Assembly (NCBI GenBank): GCA_965116475.1
Contig: OZ220691.1
Coordinates: 160,001-224,000, forward strand
Length of the DNA: 64,000 bases
Reading direction: 5' to 3'
Source: Gemmatimonadota bacterium
GTDB taxonomy: Bacteria; Gemmatimonadota; Gemmatimonadetes; Palauibacterales; Palauibacteraceae
In this document: positions 10,320-19,984 of the stretch, piece after piece
How the letters are laid out: the number at the start of each line of letters is the position of its first letter
How positions within the stretch are numbered: the first letter of the stretch is position 1
Made by a program: the position numbers and the translations under genes
The notes under the pieces: generated by a model
Told to the model about the DNA's origin: nothing
Databases searched by the model: none
The model's input: only the letters and a program-made list of their open reading frames with translations

Positions 10320-12845
10320 ATGTTCCAGATCGTGCGCAGCACACGCCCTCTCGCCTTCGTCCTCCTGCTCTCGCTCCTCGTCGTGGCCACGGGCTGCATC
10401 CGGCCCTTCGCCCGGCCCGCGCCCGCACCGTCCCCCGCGGCCGGAGGCGGACCCGGCGCCCGCGGCGGCGGCGGGGATGACGAAGACGGCCCTGAGCCCT
10501 ATGCCGAGGTCGTCACGGAGGAAGCGGTCACCGACTCGGGGATGGTCCACGTCCACCGGGTGGACGACAAATGGCTGTTCGAGATCCCGCAGGAGATTCT
10601 GGGGCGCGAGATCCTGCTCGTGAGCCGCGTGGCGTCGGTGCCGGACGGGATGGGCTACGGCGGCCAGAAGGCGAATACGCAGGTCATTCGCTGGGAGAGG
10701 AACGGGCCCGACGACGAGCGGATCTTCCTGCGTGTCGTGCGACACACGAACGTGGCGGACGAGACCCTTCCGGTGGCGCGGGCCGTGCGGGGCGCGAACT
10801 TCGAACCGATCCTGCGGGCCTTCGACATCGAGGCGCTGAACGACGACTCGACGAGCGTCGTCATCGACGCCTCGCCGCTATTCGAGTCCGATATCCCCAT
10901 GTTCGGGCTGAGCCAGCCCCGCCGCGACGCGTACCGGGTGCGCTCGCTGGACTCGAACCGCACCTACGTGGACTGGATCAAGAGCTTCCCCCGCAACCTC
11001 GAGGTGCGGCACGTCCTCACCTACAACGCGCAGACACCTCCGTCGAACGCGAGCACGAATTCGATCTCGATCGAAATGAACCAGTCGATGGTGCTGCTCC
11101 CGGACGAACCGATGGAGCCGCGCCTCTTCGACGAGCGGGTGGGCTACTTCAACGTGAGCCAGGTGGATTACGGCCGCAGCGACCAGAAGGTCGTCACGCG
11201 CACCTACGTGACGCGGTGGCGGCTCGAGCCGAGCGACACCGCGGCCTTCCGGCGCGGCGAACTCGTCGACCCGGTCAAACCCATCGTCTTCTACCTCGAC
11301 CCCGCCACGCCCGAGAAGTGGCGGCCGTACCTCATCCAGGGCATCGAGGACTGGCAGGAGGCGTTCGAGGCGGCGGGCTTCAGCAACGCGATTCAGGGGC
11401 GGATGCCGCCCTCCTTCGAGGAGGACCCGGAGTTCAGCCCGGAGGATGTGCGCTATTCCGTGATCCGCTGGCTCCCGTCGCAGGTCCAGAACGCCTCCGG
11501 ACCGCATGTGCACGACCCGAGGACCGGGGAGATCCTCGAGAGCGACATCCAGTGGTACCACAACGTCGCGAACCTGCTGCGGAACTGGTATCTGATCCAG
11601 ACGGCGGCCGTGAATCCGGCGGCGCGGCGGGCGCTGTTCGATGACGAGGTGATGGGCCGGCTGATCCGCTTCGTGGCGGCGCACGAGGTCGGACACACGC
11701 TCGGACTCCCACACAACATGAAGTCGAGTTCCGCCTTCCCCGTGGATTCTCTGCGGGCCCCGGGCTTCGTGTGCCGCGAGGGGGTGGCCCCGTCGATCAT
11801 GGACTACGCGCGCTTCAACTACGTCGCGCAGCCGGAGGACGAGGGGGCGTGCGTGGATCCGCGGATCGGCGAATACGACCGTTTCTCGATCAACTGGGGC
11901 TACCGCCCGATCCTCGATGCGGACACGGACGAGGAGCGCGCGACGCTCGACGCCTGGATCCGGGAGGTCGAGGACGACCCGGTCTACGCTTTCGGCAATT
12001 CGACGCCGATCGACCCGACCGCCCAGACGGAGGCCGTCGGCTCCGATGCGATGGAGGCGAGCGATCTCGGGATCGAGAACCTGAAGCGGATCCTGCCCAA
12101 CCTCGTCGAATGGAGCAGTGACGGGCGCGAAGGCGAGAACTACGAGGAACTGGCCGAACTCTACAACAACGTCATCGGCCAGTGGAACCGCTACATGGGC
12201 CACGTCGGCACCGTGGTCGGCGGCGTGACGCGCACGCGGAAGCGCATCGGGCAGGAGGGGGCGGTCTACGAGTTCGTGGACGAAGCCACGCAGCGGCGGG
12301 CCATGGACTTCTTCGCGCGGCAGGCCTTCGACCCGCCGACGTGGATGGTCGACGAGGAGATCCTGTCGAAGATCGAGAACCCGTCGACGGTGGACCGCAT
12401 GCGCAGCATCCAGGTGCGGGTCGTGAACCTGATCCTCGACCCCGGCCGCATGCAGCGGCTGATCGAGGCGGAGGCCCGGAACGGGGGCGACCACTACAGC
12501 CTCGGCGAGATGTTCGAGGACCTGCGCGGCTCGATCTGGGGAGAGCTGGACAGCGGCGCCTCGATCGGGGTCTACCGGCGGAATCTCCAGCGCGGGCACC
12601 TGGAGCGGCTCGAGTACCTGATGACGCAGGAATTCTCGCTCCCGATCTTCATCTTCGGCGGTCTGTCGGACTTCTTCACTTCGGTGGACGTGTCGCAGTC
12701 GGACATCCGAGCCTTCGTGCGGGGCGAACTCCACGGGCTCCGGGATGCGATCGAACGCACGCTGCGGCGCCGGCTCGACCGCACGACGGAACTGCACTTG
12801 CGCGACGCGCTCGCCCGGATCGACGACATCCTCGACCCCGACTGA
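10320..12845 (+). CDS. Secreted/lipoprotein zinc-dependent metalloprotease (met-zincin, DUF5117/DUF4953 EcxA-like)
   Basis: ATG at 10320, signal ending VATGC, DPRTGEIL, HEVGHTLGLPH zinc motif, SIMDY Met-turn. Confidence 0.9.
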   Translation: MFQIVRSTRPLAFVLLLSLLVVATGCIRPFARPAPAPSPAAGGGPGARGGGGDDEDGPEPYAEVVTEEAVTDSGMVHVHRVDDKWLFEIPQEILGREILLVSRVASVPDGMGYGGQKANTQVIRWERNGPDDERIFLRVVRHTNVADETLPVARAVRGANFEPILRAFDIEALNDDSTSVVIDASPLFESDIPMFGLSQPRRDAYRVRSLDSNRTYVDWIKSFPRNLEVRHVLTYNAQTPPSNASTNSISIEMNQSMVLLPDEPMEPRLFDERVGYFNVSQVDYGRSDQKVVTRTYVTRWRLEPSDTAAFRRGELVDPVKPIVFYLDPATPEKWRPYLIQGIEDWQEAFEAAGFSNAIQGRMPPSFEEDPEFSPEDVRYSVIRWLPSQVQNASGPHVHDPRTGEILESDIQWYHNVANLLRNWYLIQTAAVNPAARRALFDDEVMGRLIRFVAAHEVGHTLGLPHNMKSSSAFPVDSLRAPGFVCREGVAPSIMDYARFNYVAQPEDEGACVDPRIGEYDRFSINWGYRPILDADTDEERATLDAWIREVEDDPVYAFGNSTPIDPTAQTEAVGSDAMEASDLGIENLKRILPNLVEWSSDGREGENYEELAELYNNVIGQWNRYMGHVGTVVGGVTRTRKRIGQEGAVYEFVDEATQRRAMDFFARQAFDPPTWMVDEEILSKIENPSTVDRMRSIQVRVVNLILDPGRMQRLIEAEARNGGDHYSLGEMFEDLRGSIWGELDSGASIGVYRRNLQRGHLERLEYLMTQEFSLPIFIFGGLSDFFTSVDVSQSDIRAFVRGELHGLRDAIERTLRRRLDRTTELHLRDALARIDDILDPD

Positions 12846-12900
12846 GCCACGGGGCGTGAAGCCCGATTCCCAAGCGAGTGCTTCGACGAGGACGCGGCGG

Positions 12901-15900
12901 CTAGAAGCGGACGCGGACGCCCAGTTGGGCGCGGCGGGTGTCGCCGAGGCCGCTCCGGATCGTGCCGTCGAAGTTGAACAGGAGGCCCGTCTGCGCGGTG
13001 TCGAGGAAGTTGTCGGCGCCTGTCAGGTTGAACGCCTCCAGGATCGGCTCGACGGTGCGCCCGTCCCCGATGTCGAAGGACTTCGATAGTCGCAGATCCC
13101 AAGTGAAGAAGTCGTTCTCGCGCCGGAGCGTGTTGCGCCTGAGGACGGAACCGTCGGCGCACACGCGGTCCCCCGGGGCCCCGGCGCGCTGGCCCGCCGG
13201 CGCGGCGAGCGGATTCGCCGCCGTTGGGCCGCAACTCTCCGACATCGGCGATGCGGAGAGGTATCGGAAGACGTGGTTGAGAACGACGCCGCGTCCGAGA
13301 TCGAAGAGCATGAAACCCGTCAGCTGGTGCCGCCGGTCCCGGATCGACCAGTTGTACTCGGGCTCGAAATCGGTTGCGGTCGCATAGAAGAAGTTGAAGG
13401 GGTCCCGTTCGTTATCGTCGTCCGACCGGTCGAAACCCAGCGTGTAGTTCGCCTCGAAACTCAGCCTCCCGTCGAGCGCGGCGTCCCCGTGCAGTCCGAG
13501 CGTGACGGCGTTGTAGCGGGAGCGCGCGCTGCTCTCGGTCACGGTGACCGTCCCGAGCCCGTTGGCCCCCTCCGCGAAGGGCGCGCCGAGTTCCGCCGCG
13601 TTGCGGTCCACGAAGCGGAACAGGTTGTCGGTGCGGGCGTGCTGCAGCGAAAGCGTCGCCGCGGTGCTCCCGCTCAGCGCGCGCTCGACGGCGACGTTGA
13701 AGGACCAGGTCCGCGGCAGTTCCAGGTTGCGGTCCGCGATGTTCACGCCGGGCTGGAAGGGCGGCGTGCCCGGCGGAGGCGGCGTCAGGAATTCGCCGAT
13801 CTGCGGCGGCGGCGGAAGGAAGGTCGCGTCGCTGGCCGCGAACTGCGTCCCCTGGAACGCGCCGTTCGTCGTACGGTGCTGCGCGAACACCAGCATCGGG
13901 ATGCGCGAGAAGTAGGACCCCGCGTTCACGCGGACGAGCGTGCGCCCGTCGTCGCGGGGATCCCAGGCGAGCCCGAAGCGCGGCTGGAAGTTGTCGAGGT
14001 CGTCCGGAATCGTCCCGTCCGACGGGAAGCCCGCGGTCCCGATCCACGGTCCGTAGAAGGTGTCCCCGGGCTCGATGAACATCGCCGGGTGCCACGACCC
14101 CTCCCAGCGCACGCCGAGGTTCAGAGTCAGGTTGTCGCGCGGGCGCCAGGTGTCCTGGACGAAGAGTCCGAGTTCGTGCATCGAGAAGTCCTGCAGTCCG
14201 AGCCGGTCGGCCGGAGTATTCCCCAGCGTAAGGGCCTGCAGGTAGAGGAGCACGGGTCCGGTGATCGCGGTGCCCGGCGGACAGACGCCTTCCGCGCTGT
14301 CGGAACCGTCGGAGCAGGTGACGTACCGGTTCCCCCGCGTGACGAAGTTCATGAAACCGTCGACGGAGGAGAACTTGTAGAGGCCGTTCGCGAAGCCGAT
14401 GAACTGCTGGCCGACCCCCGTCCGGTTGTATTCCGCGCCCACCTTGAACAGGTGGTCTCCCGCGAGGAAGGAGAGGTTGTCGACGAGCTGGATGCGGGTG
14501 TCGTAGCCCGGGTCGATGGGGAGGAAGAAGGGCATCCCGATCCGGAACCCGTCCGCGAAATCCATCGCGATGTCCGGGAAGGGGCGGCCGCCGATCGCGC
14601 CGAAGGCCGGCTGCGCCGGCGGGGCGGAGCCCGGAAGCAGAGGTCCGTCGTATCCCCGGGGCCGGTCCTCGCGCGCGTACTGGACGCGGAACTCGTTGGA
14701 GACGGTGTTGGAAAGCTGCGACCTGAGGCTCGCGTTGATCGCATGGGAGAAGTCCTCCTCGAGGCCGTTCGCGCTGAGCCCCCAGGAATCCACGTCGAAC
14801 GTCCCGTTCACCTGCTGCGACCAGGTGTAGTTGTACTTGAAGGACGCCTGGTGACGGTCGCTGAGGTTGAAGTCGAGCTTCGCCACGAGCGCCCGGTTGT
14901 CGTCGGTGCGGCGGATCGGGCCGAACTCGGCGTCGAACAGGCCGGGCCACTGCGTCTGAAGGAAGGTCTCCAGCTTCTCGAGTTCGGACCGGTTCACGAC
15001 GTTGCGCGTGAACTGCTTCGTCTCGCTCGCTTCCTGCTGGTCGTAGGCGACGAAGAAAAACGCCTTGTCCCGCACGATCGGGCCGCCGAGGGTGAAGCCG
15101 AACTGGCCGCGTCCGAACTCGGGCTTTCCGCCGCCGCGCTCGCTCGGGTATGCGGTGGAGATCGCATCCCACTGGCCGAAGTAGTGCGCGGAACCCGTGA
15201 ACTCGTTCGTGCCCGACTTCGTGATCACGTTCACGAAGCCGCCGGCGGAGCGCCCGAACTCCGCCGACGCGCCCTGGCTCACGACGACGATCTCTTCGAT
15301 GGCGTCCTGGTTGAAGGTGAAGGCGGGGCGCTGGCCGCCCCGCTGCTCGCCGAAGAAGGGATTGTTGAAGTCGGCTCCATCCACGGAGACGTTGTTGAAG
15401 ATCCCCCGCTGTCCCCCGATGTTGAGGACTTCGCCGTCCGGACCCTGCGACATGGAGGCGCCCGGCGTGAGGAGCGTGTAGTCGAGGAAGTTCCGGCCGT
15501 TGTTGGGCAGGTTGTCGACGACCTCCTCGGCGAGGCGATGGGAACTCGACGGGTCCTCCGTGTCGACGAGCGGCGTCCGGTCCGCGACCACGGTGATCTC
15601 GGACACCGCGACGGGCTTGAATTCGAGTACGAGATCGAGGACCTCTCCCACGCGGAGGACGAGCCCCTCGGTGCGCTCGTCGCCGAACTGCCCCAGCGCC
15701 CGGGCGGTGACGTCATAGACGCCCAGCGGAAGGAGCGTGCGCACGAACGCCCCGTTCGAGCCCGTCACGACCGTCGTCTCGAAGCCGGTCGCGCGATGCT
15801 CGATGACCACGGCGGCACCGGCCACGGGCGCTCCCACGGGGTCGCGGACGACGCCGCGGATGACGCCGGTCGTCGCCTGGGCCTGCGCGGCCGCGTCCGA

Positions 15901-15981
15901 CGTGACGGCGCAGCACAGCGCGAGGACGGCGAACAGGAGGGTGGACGCGCGTCGGGAGACCGGAACCCGGCATGGCCGCAT
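12901..15981 (-). CDS. TonB-dependent receptor, Oar-like with N-terminal carboxypeptidase-regulatory-like domain
   Basis: Signal peptide, GVIRGVVRDPVGAPVAGA, LPNNGRNF, AEFGRSAGGFVNVITKSGTN plug motif, C-terminal Phe. Confidence 0.9.
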   Translation of the reverse strand: MRPCRVPVSRRASTLLFAVLALCCAVTSDAAAQAQATTGVIRGVVRDPVGAPVAGAAVVIEHRATGFETTVVTGSNGAFVRTLLPLGVYDVTARALGQFGDERTEGLVLRVGEVLDLVLEFKPVAVSEITVVADRTPLVDTEDPSSSHRLAEEVVDNLPNNGRNFLDYTLLTPGASMSQGPDGEVLNIGGQRGIFNNVSVDGADFNNPFFGEQRGGQRPAFTFNQDAIEEIVVVSQGASAEFGRSAGGFVNVITKSGTNEFTGSAHYFGQWDAISTAYPSERGGGKPEFGRGQFGFTLGGPIVRDKAFFFVAYDQQEASETKQFTRNVVNRSELEKLETFLQTQWPGLFDAEFGPIRRTDDNRALVAKLDFNLSDRHQASFKYNYTWSQQVNGTFDVDSWGLSANGLEEDFSHAINASLRSQLSNTVSNEFRVQYAREDRPRGYDGPLLPGSAPPAQPAFGAIGGRPFPDIAMDFADGFRIGMPFFLPIDPGYDTRIQLVDNLSFLAGDHLFKVGAEYNRTGVGQQFIGFANGLYKFSSVDGFMNFVTRGNRYVTCSDGSDSAEGVCPPGTAITGPVLLYLQALTLGNTPADRLGLQDFSMHELGLFVQDTWRPRDNLTLNLGVRWEGSWHPAMFIEPGDTFYGPWIGTAGFPSDGTIPDDLDNFQPRFGLAWDPRDDGRTLVRVNAGSYFSRIPMLVFAQHRTTNGAFQGTQFAASDATFLPPPPQIGEFLTPPPPGTPPFQPGVNIADRNLELPRTWSFNVAVERALSGSTAATLSLQHARTDNLFRFVDRNAAELGAPFAEGANGLGTVTVTESSARSRYNAVTLGLHGDAALDGRLSFEANYTLGFDRSDDDNERDPFNFFYATATDFEPEYNWSIRDRRHQLTGFMLFDLGRGVVLNHVFRYLSASPMSESCGPTAANPLAAPAGQRAGAPGDRVCADGSVLRRNTLRRENDFFTWDLRLSKSFDIGDGRTVEPILEAFNLTGADNFLDTAQTGLLFNFDGTIRSGLGDTRRAQLGVRVRF

Positions 15982-16051
15982 GGACGACTCCTTACTCTCG
16001 CTGGTGGATACAGGATGATGGTGGATACGGGCGTCGGGACGAGCTCGAAGA

Positions 16052-16125
16052 TGGGCCCGGCAGGATTCGAACCTGCGACCTTGGGATTATGAGTCCCCTG
16101 CTCTAACCAGCTGAGCTACGGGCCC
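16052..16125 (-). tRNA. tRNA with CAT anticodon, most likely tRNA-Ile2 (lysidine); CCA not encoded
   Basis: GGGCCCGTAGCTCAGCTGGTTAGAGCAGGGGACTCATAATCCCAAGGTCGCAGGTTCGAATCCTGCCGGGCCCA folds as a cloverleaf. C4-G69 and C5-G68 fit Ile2. Confidence 0.93.
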
Positions 16126-16210
16126 GCACGGAGCGTCAAACGTACGCGCCGCGCCGCCCGGCTCCAACGCCGGGGCGGCCGCCGGAGGACGCCGCGCTTC
16201 GGCGGCCCGG

Positions 16211-17273
16211 TCACGGCGCGACCTCGACCCCGACCGCCGGACCGTCCCGCGCAGTGACGTCTCCGATCACGGCGGCCGCATAGCCCGCGGCAACGAGGGC
16301 CGCCGACGCCGCCGACGCCTCGTGCGCGGGGACCGCCGCCAGCAGTCCGCCGGACGTCTGCGGGTCGAGCAACAGGGTCCGCAGATCGTCCGGGACGGCC
16401 TCATCCCACCGCACCTGCGAGGCGTAGGCGTCGCGGTTCCGGGTCGTACCGCCCGGCACGCACCCCTCTCCGGCGAGGCGCAGCGCTCCGGGGAGGAGCT
16501 TCGGCGCCGAAGCCCGGATCCGGGCGCTCGCGTCCGAGGCGCGGCACATCTCGAGCAGGTGGCCGAGGAGCCCGAAGCCCGTGACGTCGGTCGCGGCATG
16601 AACGTCGAAGCCGGAAAGGACGGCCGCCGCCTCGCGGTTGAGTCGCCGCATGGAATCGACGGCGACGAGAAGGTCGGCCGGATCCGTCACGCCCCGCTTG
16701 AGTCCGGTCGTGACGACGCCCGTTCCGAGCGCCTTGCCCAGCACAAGCGCGTCGCCCGGCCGCGCGCCGCCCTTTCTCCACAGGCGATCGGGATCGCCGA
16801 GTCCGATGGCCACCAGGCCGAACTTCGGCTCCGCGTCGTCGATCGAATGTCCACCGGCAACCGCGATGCCGGCCTCGCGGCACACTTCTCCCGCGCCGCG
16901 GAGGATCGCGCCGACCGTCTCATCGGAGAGGGTTCCGGCGGGAACCGCCAGGATGTTGAGCGCGAAGAGGGGGCCGGGCCCGCATCGCGTACAGGTCGCC
17001 GAGCGCGTTCGCGGCCGCGATGGCGCCGAAGTCCGCCGGATCGTCGACGAGCGGAGTGAAGAAGTCGAGGCTCGCAACGATCGCCTGCCCATCGTCGAGC
17101 AGATACACGGCGGCGTCGTCCGGGCCGTCGAGTCCCACGAGGAGCCGGTCGTCCGGGACGTGCGGCACGTGCTGCAGGATGCGGCCCAGATCCTCCGGGC
17201 CGAGCTTGCACGCTCAGCCGGCTCCGTGGGAGTACTGCGTCAGGCGGGCCGCTTCGGCCGAAGGCGAGTTCAC
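16211..17273 (-). CDS. selD: Selenide, water dikinase SelD; selenoprotein (UGA at codon 20) with a +1 frameshift near 16969-16982
   Basis: RLTQYSHGAG-U-ACKL, DDAAVY, DFFTPLVDDP, AANALGDLYAM; then in another frame PLFALNI, GGHSIDD, ATDVTGFGLLGHL, DPQTSGGLL. Span is 1063 nt = 354 codons + 1. Confidence 0.93.
17183..17201 (-). promoter_or_regulatory. Putative bacterial SECIS element of selD
   Basis: GGCCCGGA-GGA-TCTGGGCC hairpin begins 12 nt after the in-frame TGA (17214-17216) and has G in the apical loop. Confidence 0.7.
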
Positions 17274-18007
17274 CAGTTCCGCTCGACGACGGGATCCTGG
17301 AAGCGATTCCGGCCCATCACGCGGTCGCGGATCGCCGCTTCCGCGTCGCCCGCCTGTTCGAGCAGCGCCGCCGCCTGCTCGGGCGACAGCATCTCCATCT
17401 CGCCGGAACCCGGGGCCGCCGCGGCGCCGGCGCCGGCGCCCTGCGGAGATTGTCCCTGCCCGCCCTGCTGCTCGTCGCCGCCGCTCTCTCCCTCCTCCTC
17501 GAGCCAGCGCTCGACGAGTTCGAGGTTCCAGCGCGCGTCCTCATCGTCCACGCGGCGGCGGAGGACTTCGCGGAAGGCTTCGCGCGCGGCCTGGAGGGCG
17601 GCTCGGCGCGCGGAAGGGTCGCTCTGGGCGAAACGGCCGTCGAGAGCCGTGCTGAGTCCGAGGTTGTAGAAGGCGCTCTCGCGTACCTCGTCGCGCTCGC
17701 TGCCGATCGAGAGTTCGAGGGGGGCCTGCGCCTCGCCCACCTGCCCGTCGTGGAGGAGGGCCGTCCCGTAGTTGTAGTGGTCGATCGGCCGGTCGGAGGA
17801 AGCGGCCCGTTCCCTGTAGCGCACGACGGTCTCGGATGTCTCGGATTCGGACGCCTGCGCCTCGGCGGACCCGGCCTGGTCGGCCACCCTCGCCTGCCCC
17901 GTCGCGCCCGCCGACGCATCCTGCGGCTCCCCCCCGGCAAACGCCGCGAGCGAGGCGGCCGCGGCCGCGACCCCGAAGACCGTGCACCTCCGCGTCGACT
18001 CAACCAC
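17270..18007 (-). CDS. BatC-like TPR protein
   Basis: HYNYGTAL, AFYNLG, DEDARWNLEL, Gln/Gly linker, C-terminal VERNW typical of BatC; last of the Bat-like genes. Confidence 0.75.
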   Translation of the reverse strand: MVESTRRCTVFGVAAAAASLAAFAGGEPQDASAGATGQARVADQAGSAEAQASESETSETVVRYRERAASSDRPIDHYNYGTALLHDGQVGEAQAPLELSIGSERDEVRESAFYNLGLSTALDGRFAQSDPSARRAALQAAREAFREVLRRRVDDEDARWNLELVERWLEEEGESGGDEQQGGQGQSPQGAGAGAAAAPGSGEMEMLSPEQAAALLEQAGDAEAAIRDRVMGRNRFQDPVVERNW

Positions 18008-18989
18008 GTGGCAACAGGAACCCTTCTCCCCAGAGGCTGATGAAGGCGAGCAGGAGCAACGCGGCTACGGCCGCGTCATCGGTCGATGTCAGGGGTTCCC
18101 GGCCGCCCTCCGCCAGTTCCCGTTCGATCGCGTCCGTACCGTCCGAACCGTCAACATAGCGCCCGCCGGTGCCGAGAGACATCTGCCGCAGCGACGCCGC
18201 GTTCAACCTCGTGATGACGGGGCTGCCGTCCGGCCCCTGAAGCACCGAAGCGCCGCCCCGCCGCCGGGCCGCCATCGAGGGGTCCAGCGACGCCTCCCGC
18301 GTCAGGGGGATCTGTCCTCCGAGTTCGGTTCCGATCCCCACCGCATGGATGACGATGCCCGCATCCCGAGCCCGCCCTATCGCCTCCCCGAAGGGCGCGC
18401 CGGCGGTTTCCTCGCCGTCGGAGAAGACGACGATCGACTTGCGCGCGCCCTCCTCCCCGCCGGCGAGGAGATCGATCGCCTGCGTGAGACCGGAGGCGAG
18501 CGAGGATCCGCCCAGCCCCACCGCGGCGGGCCGCACGCCCTCCGCCAGCATCTCGATCGCGCTCATGTCCGTCGTCAGCGGCGAGAGCACGTACGCGCGC
18601 CCGGCGAAGTAGACGACGCCCATCCGACCCTGCGTGCGCGTCGCAAGGCGGGCGGCCAGCTGCCGCTGCACCTCCAGCCGGCTCGGCTCGACGTCGCCCG
18701 CCAGCATCGAGTTCGACGCGTCGAGCACCAGGATCGTCTCCGCCCCTCCTTCATCGAGACGCCGGGCCTCCGTCCCGCCCGAACCGGAGGCGAGCGCGAT
18801 CGCGACGACACCCGCACCGAGCAGCGTCAGGCGAACGGGCGGGAGGGCGTGCGCGGGCAGCCGCACATAACGCTCGAGCAGCGAGGGTTCGGCGAGTTTC
18901 TCGCGGTCGGCGCCCGACCGTCGCGACGCGAGCAGCCTGAGCCCGACGGCCGCGGCTCCGAGCAGGAGGGCGATCGGGAGCGGGGCCAC
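18000..18989 (-). CDS. VWA domain protein, BatB-like
   Basis: MIDAS LDASNSM, DVEPSRL, LSPLTTD, FSDGEE, GIGT. Confidence 0.88.
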   Translation of the reverse strand: MAPLPIALLLGAAAVGLRLLASRRSGADREKLAEPSLLERYVRLPAHALPPVRLTLLGAGVVAIALASGSGGTEARRLDEGGAETILVLDASNSMLAGDVEPSRLEVQRQLAARLATRTQGRMGVVYFAGRAYVLSPLTTDMSAIEMLAEGVRPAAVGLGGSSLASGLTQAIDLLAGGEEGARKSIVVFSDGEETAGAPFGEAIGRARDAGIVIHAVGIGTELGGQIPLTREASLDPSMAARRRGGASVLQGPDGSPVITRLNAASLRQMSLGTGGRYVDGSDGTDAIERELAEGGREPLTSTDDAAVAALLLLAFISLWGEGFLLPRG

Positions 18990-18991
18990 GG

Positions 18992-19984
18992 TCAGACCCA
19001 GACCCGGCGGGAGCGCGTCGCCGACACGAGAAGCTCCAGCAGGACGAGCGCGAGCGCCGCGATGAGAAGTTCCCGCCGCATCCCGACCCGCTCCTCCGTC
19101 CGCACTTCCTTGATCGGGGTGGTCTCGAGTTCGTTGATCCGCTCGTAGATCCGCGTCAGTCCCTCGGGATCGGTGGCGCGGAAGTAGAGCCCCCCCGTGC
19201 GGGTCGCCATGCGGTCGAGGAGTTCGTCGTTCACATGGACGCGGATATTGGCGTACTGGTATCCGAAGGCGGTCCGGGCAACGGGCACGGGGGCAACCCC
19301 GTCGCGGCCGACGCCGATCGTGTAGACGCGGATGCCGAGCGAGGCGGCCGCGGCCGTCGCCTCCTCCGGCGAGATCCCGCCGCTGTTGTTGTCTCCATCG
19401 GTGAGCAGGACGACGATGCGGGATTCGGGCTCCAGGTCGCGGAGCCGGTTCGCCGCCGTGGCCAGGGCAACGCCGATGGCCGTCCCATCCCGGAGCTGTC
19501 CGGCCTCGAGCCGCTCGACCGCGCTCTCCACCACGGCGTGGTCCAGGGTCCCCGGCACCATCGTGAGGGCCTCTCCCGCGAAGGCGACGAGACCGATCCA
19601 GTCCGACTCCCGTCCCTCCACGAAGCGGATGACCTCCCGCTTCGCGACTTCGATGCGGTTATCCGGGCGGAAGTCCTCCGCCAGCATCGAGCTCGAGATG
19701 TCGACCGCCAGCATGATCGCCACGCCCTCGCGCTCCGACTCGACGCGCTCCCACACCCGCACGGGGTTGACGAGGGTGATGATGACGAGCGCGAGGGCGA
19801 GAGAGCGAAGGGCGGCCGGCAACCACCACCAGAACCGGCCCCGGCCCCGGCCGCGGGAACCGGCGAGGCGCGCGATGTCCGGGTACGGGAGACGGATCCT
19901 GCCCGAACCCATCAGGGCCCACCCGAGCGGCAGCAGGACGAGCATAAGGAGGAACGGCCAGCCGGGGAGGGCGAATTCGCTCAC
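18992..19984 (-). CDS. VWA domain protein, BatA-like
   Basis: VDISSSMLAEDF, DGTAIG, LLTDGDNN, TGGLYFRAT. Confidence 0.9.
   Translation of the reverse strand: MSEFALPGWPFLLMLVLLPLGWALMGSGRIRLPYPDIARLAGSRGRGRGRFWWWLPAALRSLALALVIITLVNPVRVWERVESEREGVAIMLAVDISSSMLAEDFRPDNRIEVAKREVIRFVEGRESDWIGLVAFAGEALTMVPGTLDHAVVESAVERLEAGQLRDGTAIGVALATAANRLRDLEPESRIVVLLTDGDNNSGGISPEEATAAAASLGIRVYTIGVGRDGVAPVPVARTAFGYQYANIRVHVNDELLDRMATRTGGLYFRATDPEGLTRIYERINELETTPIKEVRTEERVGMRRELLIAALALVLLELLVSATRSRRVWV

Noticed and set aside
7245-12845. 1866-aa ORF
   Set aside because: Only the part from 10320 is a real protease. The upstream part is a stop-free shadow frame over the DASS gene and the antisense lipoprotein, as expected in high-GC DNA.
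15982-16125. tRNA as an integration site for a genomic island
   Set aside because: No integrase and no duplicate of the tRNA 3' end found in the window.
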